Of a DNA stretch of 42,704 bases, positions 28,417 through 37,041 are shown piece by piece. A model generated the notes under the pieces. The model ran no database searches. It saw nothing but the letters and a program-made list of their open reading frames with translations, and was not told where the DNA came from. The stretch spans positions 1 through 42,704 of the forward strand of contig JBAZJC010000002.1 of NCBI GenBank assembly GCA_041651495.1, in the 5' to 3' direction. The translations under genes were made by a program, and so were the position numbers. Origin of the DNA: Candidatus Omnitrophota bacterium (GTDB taxonomy: Bacteria > Omnitrophota > Omnitrophia > Omnitrophales > Aquincolibacteriaceae). The stretch's first letter is position 1; every line of letters begins with the position of its first letter.

Positions 28417-28480
28417 CGAGATTTTCATTGTTAAGACTAAAAATTTACAACCGAGTTAGGAATGTCGCCACTACAACAAA

Positions 28481-28495
28481 CCCATTTTTATGGGG
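28481..28495 (-). terminator. Possible weak terminator downstream of the radical-SAM gene
   Basis: The minus strand reads CCCAT-AAAA-ATGGG (a 5-bp stem) followed by TTTGTTGT, about 55 nt after the stop at 28549. The stem is short, so the call is tentative. Confidence 0.25.
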
Positions 28496-28548
28496 GGAAT
28501 CTGTTCAAAGAGATTTTTTCGAAACACACTACAAAACAGTCGTGAGAA

Positions 28549-30114
28549 TCATCCGTTGAGAGACGATGGGGAATGCTTCATAAACATATTGTATCGCTTA
28601 AGCCGCTTATTGCGGATGGATTCTTCTATAGAAGCAAGCCAAAGGGACAAAATTTTGAGAACCCAACCAGAAAAAATATTGTCTTTTTCGCAAAATCGAA
28701 TAACCGGGAAAAACACCCTAGGAAGACGGACATAGAATGGGAACATCTTTTGTAGTGCTTTTAATTCATTTTTTGAAATTTGAGGCATATCCAAAATAGG
28801 CTCTCCCCGCGTCCCGTGCCCCAGCTTCATATCCGAGCGGATAAATTTTTCTTTCAGAGCCATTTCTCGGATCCGGGTCCCTTTGTAGGGCACCAAAAAA
28901 CAATTACTCAAACCATCGGGCTGCGTTTTTTTATTCATCTCGATGGTGTCAAATACCATTTTTCTTGTTTCAAAAGGATTTCCGATTATGTTCGTTGAGG
29001 AGACCCGGACACCCTCAGCTTTGATGGTGGCAAAAGCTTTGACAAGCTGGTCGTTCGAGATGTATCGGTCGAACACTTTGTTTTTAATAAAATCATTTCC
29101 GCTTTCAATGCTCATACAAAATGTAACGCACCCCGCATCTCGCAACAACACAACCTTTTCACGAGATATCGTGGGAGCAGCCACTTGGATAACAAATGGC
29201 AAACCGATTCTCTCTTTATACTGATCGGTAAACTCCCGCATCTCCTCGAGAGGAAGCAAGGTAAAATCGTCATCCACAAAAAAAATCATGGTCAGATTGT
29301 GTTTTTTCTTTAAGAACTCCATTTCCTGCATAACTCGCTCAATACTCTTCCGGCGAATATAGGCCCCTTTACCTTGATACAAATTTTGAAGAACATGGTT
29401 ATTACAATACGTACACCTTCGAGGACAACCCCTCGTAAATTCCACCATGGCCATCCGATAGACCACACCATCTATCGGACGGTAAAAATGCTTTTCACTG
29501 AATTCGTCAAAATCCGGAATGGGTATCTCGTTCAGATCCTTCAAAGGCCTGACTTCATTTTTAATAATCTGGCCATCTCGTTTGATCCACATATTCTTTA
29601 TTCCGCTAATATCCTCCTCTTTCTCGCTTTTTGTAATAAATTCAAGAAGGCTGTCCTCTCCTTCGCCAATGTTAATCACATCGACAAAAGGATGCGCAAT
29701 GTACTCTTCAGGGGACATCGTGACCGCAATCCCTCCAAAAATAAACGGCATTTTAGGATATGCTTTTCGAATCCCCGCGGCCAAGAACTGACTGAAATCA
29801 GCACAATCTTCTGTCATAACGGAAAAGGCGATTAAATCGGGGTTGAAACCCTTTATCACTCGAGTGCAATCCGCGAGAACGTCTTGAACCGAAGCCGCCT
29901 GGTACGTAACTCCATACTGATTCAAATCGGCAAATCTAACTTGATGCGTCTTTGTGCGGATATCGTCATCGTTTTCGGAAAACAGCTTATAAAAAGAGGT
30001 GTCAAACACTTTCACTTCATGTCCGTTTTTTTTCAAAATTGAAACTAAAATAGAGATTCCTGGAGGAATCCTGGTATAGCCCATGTTATTCGGATAAACA
30101 AACAAAACTCTCAT
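28549..30114 (-). CDS. B12-binding (class B) radical SAM enzyme
   Basis: The N-terminal cobalamin-binding-type Rossmann segment is MRVLFVYPNNMGYTRIPPGISILVSILKKNGHEVKVFD. The radical-SAM cluster motif is VEFTRGCPRRCTYCNNH (C-x3-C-x2-C). ATG 30114 is preferred over the ORF-track TTG 30126, which abuts the AAGGAG Shine-Dalgarno. Confidence 0.8.
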   Translation of the reverse strand: MRVLFVYPNNMGYTRIPPGISILVSILKKNGHEVKVFDTSFYKLFSENDDDIRTKTHQVRFADLNQYGVTYQAASVQDVLADCTRVIKGFNPDLIAFSVMTEDCADFSQFLAAGIRKAYPKMPFIFGGIAVTMSPEEYIAHPFVDVINIGEGEDSLLEFITKSEKEEDISGIKNMWIKRDGQIIKNEVRPLKDLNEIPIPDFDEFSEKHFYRPIDGVVYRMAMVEFTRGCPRRCTYCNNHVLQNLYQGKGAYIRRKSIERVMQEMEFLKKKHNLTMIFFVDDDFTLLPLEEMREFTDQYKERIGLPFVIQVAAPTISREKVVLLRDAGCVTFCMSIESGNDFIKNKVFDRYISNDQLVKAFATIKAEGVRVSSTNIIGNPFETRKMVFDTIEMNKKTQPDGLSNCFLVPYKGTRIREMALKEKFIRSDMKLGHGTRGEPILDMPQISKNELKALQKMFPFYVRLPRVFFPVIRFCEKDNIFSGWVLKILSLWLASIEESIRNKRLKRYNMFMKHSPSSLNG

Positions 30115-30167
30115 GATAAAGTACAACTCCTTTTTAAAATGTTCGGCTCTATTGTAGCATTAAACAC

Positions 30168-32033
30168 CTAGATCAGCTTATACAGAATATATTGGTACCG
30201 CTTATCGAGGACATTTAATGACCGGTGCGAAATCAAAATCTGACTAAGATTTCTACTTTTCAGGAAAGAATCAATCGGGCGGGGATTTTCCGCGGGAACA
30301 TCAAGCCGAGTGCGATCGCCGACCTCTTGTGTATCCAAAATATGCGTGATTCCCTTTTCTTTCAAAATAGTCGCCATAGCTGCCGGAGAATTCTGATTCT
30401 TGTAATGGGTTCGTATATTAAAATCAGCATCCAGAACAACTTCCCGGTCAAAATAAAACAAATGGACCTCTTCCAATATCAAAATTTTTGAGTTTGAAGG
30501 TAAGTTTTGGTTGACCCATCGGGCGATTGGGATTGTTCGCTCCATTTTTTCAAGATATTCTCCACTGCTCCAAACTCCAGACACCCGTAGGAATTGATAA
30601 CGAAAATGATAGGCAGTCAGAGTCAACATGGACACAATGGCCAGACCAGCCACAGTTTTCGTAAAAAAGTTTTCCCACCGTTTTTGAGAGACACTGTTCT
30701 TCAAATCACTCAACCCCATAGCCGCCGCCACTAAATAAATCGGCAAGGTTGGCATGAGATATCGGACATTCTGACCCGTAAAATACCAAAAGACCGTAAA
30801 AGAAAGTGTGAATTGGAGATACGGAAGAGACTTTTTCATCTTGAATGCCGCATAGCCGACAAATGGAATTACAGACAGGTAGAAGGGGCCTACCCAATGG
30901 TGATAATCAAAATACAGCGGCTTGAATGTAATATCCCACGGGATCGCTAAAAAAGATCCCAGAGATCTCGGAAGCCCCATGCGAAAATAAATCGAGGAAA
31001 ACAGTGAGAGATCTTCGGTTCCGAATAACGAACCTAAATAGGGATAAATTGGGTTCCCGGTATAGATCCAATCCCTTATAAACCAATACGCGGAGGCCAA
31101 CAACACACCCAACGCAAAGTAAGCCCCGACGATTACGACTCGTGTTTTGACACCACGCTGAAACGCCCGAAGACCGAGCATGACCATGATGGCAAAAAAA
31201 GCGCCCAGAGATAAAGAGCGGATCGCAACCGCTAAGCCGACCAGCAGTCCCCCGAAAAAGAAAGCCGTTGGATTTAGATCATCAAAACCTTCGATGACAA
31301 CGCAACATCCCAAGAATATGAACAAAGACACCCCTGCATCGATGTAGGTGGTGGTGATCTGGTTCATCAAAGTGGGAGTGAGCCACAACATCAAACCCCA
31401 AAAAAGCGCCAGCTTCTTGCTTTTGGAAACTTCTTCAACTTTAATCGTTAGGGCGCTGACAAGAAGGAATCCACAGAACCAGTGAAAAAATTTCGCGATC
31501 GTAACATTCTGGAATAAAAGTCCCGTGGAGTAAAAAACGCTCATTAAGAGAGGACGATATGAAGCTATATCGTAAAAGGATGGAGAAACCGAGGCATTCT
31601 TCACAAAAAGCTTTGCGACATAAAGCTGGATTGCCAAAGCGTCGTTCGCGATTTCCGGGAGGAAGCAGAACGACGCCGTTAAAAAAAATGTTCCGATTAA
31701 CGAAAATTGACAGATGCGGCTAAAAATATCGTGCGTTTCCCCAAAAAACCGTAACACATCTCTAAACCATCGAAAGACCCCCTTCCCCGTTCGCCAACCT
31801 AAGATTAAGGAAAGGGCGAAAAAACATAAAACTGTTCCGGGTTTCAGCCAACTCAAAGAGCCTGCTAGGATCATAAAATAAGCATAGAGGCCCAGCCCAA
31901 ACCCTAATGTAAGAATTCCTGAAAACAAAGGGTTTCGCTCTCGCAGGCAAAACCCGACAAACGAACCGCTATTCCATAAGGTGGGTAGTAGTACAAACCA
32001 AAAAGCTATAGCAAAAAATGGCCCCTGGCTCAT
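30168..32033 (-). CDS. ArnT/PMT_2-like GT-C membrane glycosyltransferase
   Basis: 621-aa polytopic ORF. The loop motif is LPEIANDALAIQLYVAKLF. The block IRDWIYTGNPIYPY is one I associate with GT39/ArnT-like proteins. A soluble C-terminal domain follows. Confidence 0.6.
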   Translation of the reverse strand: MSQGPFFAIAFWFVLLPTLWNSGSFVGFCLRERNPLFSGILTLGFGLGLYAYFMILAGSLSWLKPGTVLCFFALSLILGWRTGKGVFRWFRDVLRFFGETHDIFSRICQFSLIGTFFLTASFCFLPEIANDALAIQLYVAKLFVKNASVSPSFYDIASYRPLLMSVFYSTGLLFQNVTIAKFFHWFCGFLLVSALTIKVEEVSKSKKLALFWGLMLWLTPTLMNQITTTYIDAGVSLFIFLGCCVVIEGFDDLNPTAFFFGGLLVGLAVAIRSLSLGAFFAIMVMLGLRAFQRGVKTRVVIVGAYFALGVLLASAYWFIRDWIYTGNPIYPYLGSLFGTEDLSLFSSIYFRMGLPRSLGSFLAIPWDITFKPLYFDYHHWVGPFYLSVIPFVGYAAFKMKKSLPYLQFTLSFTVFWYFTGQNVRYLMPTLPIYLVAAAMGLSDLKNSVSQKRWENFFTKTVAGLAIVSMLTLTAYHFRYQFLRVSGVWSSGEYLEKMERTIPIARWVNQNLPSNSKILILEEVHLFYFDREVVLDADFNIRTHYKNQNSPAAMATILKEKGITHILDTQEVGDRTRLDVPAENPRPIDSFLKSRNLSQILISHRSLNVLDKRYQYILYKLI

Positions 32034-32036
32034 TTT

Positions 32037-34373
32037 CTAATCTTTCGAAAAAGGTTTATAACAAAATTGTATTTTATGAATTCCTGGGCCATCGATCCTG
32101 ACCGCACGGAAAAGTCCGTCGGCTTTTAGAATAGCGACGGGTTCATCGTTAACCGTAACATTCCACCCCGGATAAAACGTCTCGGAAACTACAAAAAAGC
32201 CAGCCTGCGTGGTTTCAACTTGCCATTCCTCAAGATTCTCCTGACGATTTTGAAGCCGTATCGTTGCCTCCGAATCCTTTTGGGCTTCCAATTCGAAAGA
32301 TTTGATCTTCTTGAGCTCCTCTTTTTCAAGCAACAAAGTTTGTTTTGGATCGAACTGGGGTGCCATCAGTTTCACACGCAGATCGTCCCAGGTTTCAGCC
32401 ACCTCAACCCGACTGATAAAATACGCCTGTTGATGAACTTCTGCATTCTTGTAAAGATAACTCCCAAGCTGATTATCGCGATCCAAAAGCGTTAAGTCAG
32501 CATGTTCAAGCGGCTGCGCGCTCATCACATGCGAAACATTCAGAAAACCAAGAAGCGGAAGCCTTTGTAATGCGAATTCCGGAGAAGGCGATCGCTGAAA
32601 ATTCGAATCATTAACATTCCCTAAAAGGCCTAGCGACTCATAATATCTTTTAGGAACCAAGGGAGAATAAATTCCGATATCCTCGATCCCATAAAGCATG
32701 TTTTGTCCTGGGACAAAAGGCAATCGTTGGCCCACGGAACGAAAGCCATAAACCCTTCCGACATTTCCCGCCGTCTTTTCCCGTTCAAGGGCTTCAAGGA
32801 TCGGCGAAGAAACCAAAGTCGTTTTGTAGGAAGCGAGATCATACCGGATATCCAGGAAAGATGCCGCGTAAAGATCCACCACCAGAAACAAGATTCCCAC
32901 AACCAACAAAAATCTCGTGAGGATCTTTTTCCGGAGAAACACCGCCAGAAGAGCCACACAAAAAACCGACATCGCAATCATCCGGATATTCGCCGAATCG
33001 CTGAAAGAAAGATATCTCAACACCTGCCCCGGATAGTTTTTTACACCCTCAAGATAGGTTTCCAGAGAATGAGGATGCCCCGGTTTGGCGTAAATAAATC
33101 GCATCACGAAAAATTCACCCAGCTTCATGGCGATATCTTTTCCCGCGGTCAGGAGCAGGTTCCCGACGCCCATGAGCGCTACAAAAACTGCTACGATCGT
33201 AAGATAGAAATAAAATGCTTTTTTGATCAAAGCCTGAGTCGATCTTCCCTGCCAAAGAACCTGAAAACCTGCCGCACTCAACATCGCAAGCCCGAAGGAG
33301 ATAAATCCAAGGAATTTTGCCGGGACACGGAAAGAATAGAATTTTGTGATCTTGATAAAAGCAACATAAAGTGGGCTCCATCGGCCCAAAGCGAGCAAAA
33401 GAGCAAGAAGCGTCATCACAACCCATAGCTTCAAAGTCTGGCTTTTTCGCATGTCTGGTGAAATCAACGCGTAGAGAATCAGAAAGAGCGCAAAAGATCC
33501 GACATAAAGGTTATTGCCTCGGAAGATGAGCGACAGGTTCGGGATAACCAAAGTGCCAAGAACCATCGGTGACATCGATCCCACATAAGCATAACCTTCT
33601 TCAAGACCAGTCCGGTTTGACATCATAGCAAGCTGAAATGTCAAATAGATCTGGGGCAAAGCGATCACGAGCGCTAATACAGCGGTACCTGCCAACATCC
33701 CAAGAGTTAAAGCTTTTTTTGTCCACGGGACCGATTCTTCAGGAAAGATGAAGATCCTCACAAGGATATAAACACCAAATATCAGCCAAGTCAGTACTGC
33801 CATCTGAAGATAACCCGCCACAAGTGATTGACCGATAACAAGGGCCATCCCGAAAAGAAAACGTCCCTTTCGTTCTTCCAGAAAACGCTCCAAAAAATAG
33901 AGCACGACAGGAAACCAGCAAATCGTCTTCAGAGACGTCATATTGTAATAAGCACCGCCATAGGCCGATCCGAACACAAAGACCACAGCCGCAACAAACG
34001 AGGGCATGGCTTCCAGATTCATCCGTCGTGCGTATGCATAAGTCCCCCACCCCGCGATAAACCAATGCAACAGGTTCATGTACGAGTACGCTATCTGAAA
34101 TGGAAGAAGTCCGTAGAGGATCAAGTTGGGGAGATAGAAAACACCGATCTGGCTTTCAGCCACAAGCGGAAAACCGCACTGGATCAAGGGAGTCCAGAAC
34201 GGCAATTTGAAATCTTTGAGAGAACAGGCAAGCTGAAATGCCCAAGGGTAATGCTGTTCCAGATGGTCACCGATAAGCGGCGCTGTTCTCGCCAGAAAAA
34301 GATCAGGATAAAAAAAAAGAAGCAATCCGAGTAATCCAAAAACCGCAAAAATGTCTTTTCGGCTAAACATCAT
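32037..34373 (-). CDS. YfhO-family GT-C membrane glycosyltransferase, paralog 2
   Basis: 778 aa. The N-terminal block is IGDHLEQHYPWAFQLACSLKDFKLPFWTPLIQCGFPL. The C-terminal block is GWNVTVNDEPVAILKADGLFRAVRIDGPGIHKIQFCYKP. Confidence 0.75.
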   Translation of the reverse strand: MMFSRKDIFAVFGLLGLLLFFYPDLFLARTAPLIGDHLEQHYPWAFQLACSLKDFKLPFWTPLIQCGFPLVAESQIGVFYLPNLILYGLLPFQIAYSYMNLLHWFIAGWGTYAYARRMNLEAMPSFVAAVVFVFGSAYGGAYYNMTSLKTICWFPVVLYFLERFLEERKGRFLFGMALVIGQSLVAGYLQMAVLTWLIFGVYILVRIFIFPEESVPWTKKALTLGMLAGTAVLALVIALPQIYLTFQLAMMSNRTGLEEGYAYVGSMSPMVLGTLVIPNLSLIFRGNNLYVGSFALFLILYALISPDMRKSQTLKLWVVMTLLALLLALGRWSPLYVAFIKITKFYSFRVPAKFLGFISFGLAMLSAAGFQVLWQGRSTQALIKKAFYFYLTIVAVFVALMGVGNLLLTAGKDIAMKLGEFFVMRFIYAKPGHPHSLETYLEGVKNYPGQVLRYLSFSDSANIRMIAMSVFCVALLAVFLRKKILTRFLLVVGILFLVVDLYAASFLDIRYDLASYKTTLVSSPILEALEREKTAGNVGRVYGFRSVGQRLPFVPGQNMLYGIEDIGIYSPLVPKRYYESLGLLGNVNDSNFQRSPSPEFALQRLPLLGFLNVSHVMSAQPLEHADLTLLDRDNQLGSYLYKNAEVHQQAYFISRVEVAETWDDLRVKLMAPQFDPKQTLLLEKEELKKIKSFELEAQKDSEATIRLQNRQENLEEWQVETTQAGFFVVSETFYPGWNVTVNDEPVAILKADGLFRAVRIDGPGIHKIQFCYKPFSKD

Positions 34374-34397
34374 CGGATTGCCCGAGGCTCAAGACAA

Positions 34398-35393
34398 TCA
34401 AGCGCGTTTCCAGGACGGAGGTAACTTGATGGAAACTTCAATGTTTTGAAATTCCTGACTTTTTCGAGCGCCATGCTTTTGAGCCCATGCGGCCATTTTT
34501 CTGAGACCCTCTTCCAGAGAAACCTTGGGAATCGCTCCCAAGACCTCGCGCGCCTTCGCATGGTCGGAATAGGCTTCCTGCACTTCGTTGCGTTGTTCCA
34601 GATATTCGATCTTCGGCACAACCCCGAGCGATTTGGCAACTTCAGCGGCTAAATAATTAACGGTGTAGGGTTGATCCGCCCCAATATTGAAAGCCTGGTT
34701 GTAGGCTCCTGTCACACCGATCGAACGCGCAATGACCGGCGCCACATCATTAATATACGAAAAGGCGCGTTTTTGTGTCCCATCGCCAAAGATGGTCATC
34801 GGAAGACCTTGCATGATCTGATTCATGAAGATCCCCACTACATTGCGATATTTATCGCCGATATTTTGTTTTTCACCGTAAACATTGTGGGGACGAAAAA
34901 CAATGTAGTTCAGACCGAACATTTCATGAGACACCTTGAGATCCTGTTCGACAGCATATTTAGCAATACCATAAGGATCCTCGGGTTGCGGAATCAGCTC
35001 CTCACACATCGGCACTTGGTTCTTGCCATAAACAGCAATGGAAGATGTGAACACAAAACATTTCACTTGATGCAGCACGGAAAGGTTGATCAGGTTGACA
35101 GATCCGATCAGATTGTTTTCGTAGTTAAAACGCTTAATGAAATGACTCAGGCCTTCCGCAGCATAGGCCGCGAGGTGAAAAACGTATTGGAAAGAATGCT
35201 TCTCAAAAAGGGTCTTGAGCAGGTCCGGATCAAGAACAGACCCTCTTACAAACGATGCGCCCGAGGGGACATTTTCTTTGAACCCGCCGCTCAAATCATC
35301 CAGCACCCAAACATCATGTCCCTGACGAAGCAGCTCTTGGGAAACATGCGCCCCGATAAAACCGGCGCCCCCCGTGACAAGAACATTTGCCAT
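34398..35393 (-). CDS. NAD-dependent nucleotide-sugar epimerase/dehydratase (GalE/WbpP-like extended SDR)
   Basis: MANVLVTGGAGFIGAHVSQELLRQGHDVWVLDDLSGG, with catalytic YGIAK. There is a 1-nt stop/start overlap with the upstream GT2. Confidence 0.8.
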   Translation of the reverse strand: MANVLVTGGAGFIGAHVSQELLRQGHDVWVLDDLSGGFKENVPSGASFVRGSVLDPDLLKTLFEKHSFQYVFHLAAYAAEGLSHFIKRFNYENNLIGSVNLINLSVLHQVKCFVFTSSIAVYGKNQVPMCEELIPQPEDPYGIAKYAVEQDLKVSHEMFGLNYIVFRPHNVYGEKQNIGDKYRNVVGIFMNQIMQGLPMTIFGDGTQKRAFSYINDVAPVIARSIGVTGAYNQAFNIGADQPYTVNYLAAEVAKSLGVVPKIEYLEQRNEVQEAYSDHAKAREVLGAIPKVSLEEGLRKMAAWAQKHGARKSQEFQNIEVSIKLPPSWKRA

Positions 35394-36154
35394 TAGCCCA
35401 CCTTGACGTGCTTGATTTCAAATGCCTTTTGCTTCCATATTCCGGCCTTATGAAACAAATAGTGCACTACTGTTACCATAATCATAAGTCCGTACCGGAC
35501 GGCTTTTTTGAACGGCATCTGTGAATTTTCGTCTTCGTACCGGGTCGGATGTGGGATTTCCGCGATCCGGGCATTCCGGATAGCGGCTTGGATCAAAATA
35601 TCAGTGTCAAAGTCAAATTTATCACTCAAGAGGTCGAGCGGGATTTGGTGGAGAAAATCGGCCGTAAAAGCGCGATAGCCGTTGTGATAATCCGTCACAT
35701 GGGTTTGAAAAATAGTATTTTCAAGCCAAGTCAGAAAACGGTTCGGGATATACTTCCAAAGCGGCATACCATTCCTCAAAACATCCCCGAGGATCATACG
35801 ACTTCCGGTAACAACATCATATCCTTCATCGCGCATCTTTTTCACAAATTCCGGCACCAAACTTGGATCATATTGATTGTCGCCATGGACCATCACCACA
35901 AAGTCCGCCCCGCGTTTTAAAGCCTCTTTGTATCCAGTTTTCTGAACCGCGCCATAGCCATGGCTTTTGGAGTGGGATGCCAGCGACAGGCCTAGCCTTC
36001 TCGCGACCTCAGCAGTCCCATCAGTACTGCCATCGTTAACAACGATGATTTCATCCACCCAACCTTTAGGAATTCCAGAGACCGTTTTTTCCAGAACATT
36101 CGCGACATTGTAAGCCGGCATGATCACGATTACTTTTTTCCCCGTTTTATCCAT
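35393..36154 (-). CDS. GT2 polyprenyl-phosphate sugar synthase (Dpm1/ArnC/GtrB-like)
   Basis: KKVIVIMPAYNVANVLEKTV ... IIVVNDGSTDGTAEVARRLG ... VVMVHGDNQYDP ... VVTGSR. The protein is small (253 aa) with a single C-terminal hydrophobic helix. Confidence 0.75.
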   Translation of the reverse strand: MDKTGKKVIVIMPAYNVANVLEKTVSGIPKGWVDEIIVVNDGSTDGTAEVARRLGLSLASHSKSHGYGAVQKTGYKEALKRGADFVVMVHGDNQYDPSLVPEFVKKMRDEGYDVVTGSRMILGDVLRNGMPLWKYIPNRFLTWLENTIFQTHVTDYHNGYRAFTADFLHQIPLDLLSDKFDFDTDILIQAAIRNARIAEIPHPTRYEDENSQMPFKKAVRYGLMIMVTVVHYLFHKAGIWKQKAFEIKHVKVG

Positions 36155-36160
36155 GAGACG

Positions 36161-36955
36161 TTACGCTCTCCATTTTTTTGCCAAAATGATCATTTCATGA
36201 CCCCACCGGACCTTGTGTTTAAAAAAATTGAATTGAAATTTGTAAATCCAATTCCAAAAGAATGAAACCTTCCCGATCCAGTTTACCCAGAAAGAATTTT
36301 GCCATTCAGGTGTTATGCCGCTCTTCAAAGTCCGTGATTGTATCGTGTCAGTTACGGCACTTTTCGTTGGGCGACGCATGATTTTCGTATAGAAGTACCG
36401 CATCATCCAAAATACAGGAAAGGTGAAGTCCCACACCGCCACCACTGTAAGACCGGCATCTTCAAGCTTCTTCTTGATCCCTTTCGCCGTATACCTTCGA
36501 ACATGGCCATAAAAATCATCATCCCAATGCCAGAAACGCGGGTTGCTCGGAACCGTGATGACCGCATAGCCCCCGTCCGAGATCAAGGAAGCCAATTTTT
36601 GAAGGGCTGTCCTGTCTTCGGGTAGGTGCTCCAGGATATCCAGCAAAAGTACCGTATTGTAAATTCCGGCGACCTCGAAAAAATCCTTTTTTTCAAGAGC
36701 AACTGAGGGAAACGCTGCTAACTTCCGCCGGGCCGTTGCGAGCGCATCCTCCGAAATGTCAATGGCTGTCCCCTGCCAACCTTTTTTTGCCAAAAAACCG
36801 CTAACATTCCCGATCCCGCAACCGACGTCTAAAAAGCCAGGACGCAAGTTATACTCACCAATAAGCTTATTCAGGCAAAAGAGGATAGAATTTTTAAGAG
36901 GTAGAAAATTTGCCATTGGTAATGGGCCGTATGCTAGTCGAAAAAAACAATGCAC
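36161..36955 (-). CDS. Class I SAM-dependent methyltransferase (Methyltransf_11/23-like)
   Basis: FLDVGCGIGNVSGFLAKKGWQGTAIDISEDAL, LLLDILEHLPED, GGYAVITVP. The start is uncertain: either GTG 36955 (ORF track) or ATG 36916 (MANFLPL). The C-terminus is aromatic-rich. Confidence 0.75.
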   Translation of the reverse strand: MHCFFRLAYGPLPMANFLPLKNSILFCLNKLIGEYNLRPGFLDVGCGIGNVSGFLAKKGWQGTAIDISEDALATARRKLAAFPSVALEKKDFFEVAGIYNTVLLLDILEHLPEDRTALQKLASLISDGGYAVITVPSNPRFWHWDDDFYGHVRRYTAKGIKKKLEDAGLTVVAVWDFTFPVFWMMRYFYTKIMRRPTKSAVTDTIQSRTLKSGITPEWQNSFWVNWIGKVSFFWNWIYKFQFNFFKHKVRWGHEMIILAKKWRA

Positions 36956-37004
36956 GCAATAAAAATCATGCTAAGAACTGCCCCAAAAGTACTCGTTGAG
37001 AGCA

Positions 37005-37033
37005 TTGACATTGAGGCCGAAAAATAATAATCT
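37005..37033 (+). promoter_or_regulatory. Candidate promoter for the single plus-strand gene; the transcript may be leaderless
   Basis: TTGACA (37005..37010), a 17-nt spacer, then TAATCT (37028..37033). ATG 37042 lies only ~8 nt after the -10 box, and I see no Shine-Dalgarno. Confidence 0.4.
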
Positions 37034-37041
37034 TACACGTT

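Noticed and set aside
28398-30167. The radical SAM gene as part of a RiPP (peptide natural product) cluster
   Set aside because: There is no small precursor-like ORF in the flanking gaps (41 nt upstream, 151 nt downstream). No peptidase, transporter or RiPP recognition-element protein is present, and both neighbours are glycan genes.
34310-34318. A 9-nt A/T homopolymer near the 5' end of the YfhO gene, another at 25885..25893 in neuB, and several 8-mers (for example 1203..1210, 12621..12628, 40613..40620) as possible phase-variation switches
   Set aside because: All are A/T runs encoding Phe-Phe or Lys-Lys-Lys in moderately AT-rich DNA. There are no long G/C tracts or multi-copy short repeats. 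Without population or read-level length variation, this is best explained by codon composition.
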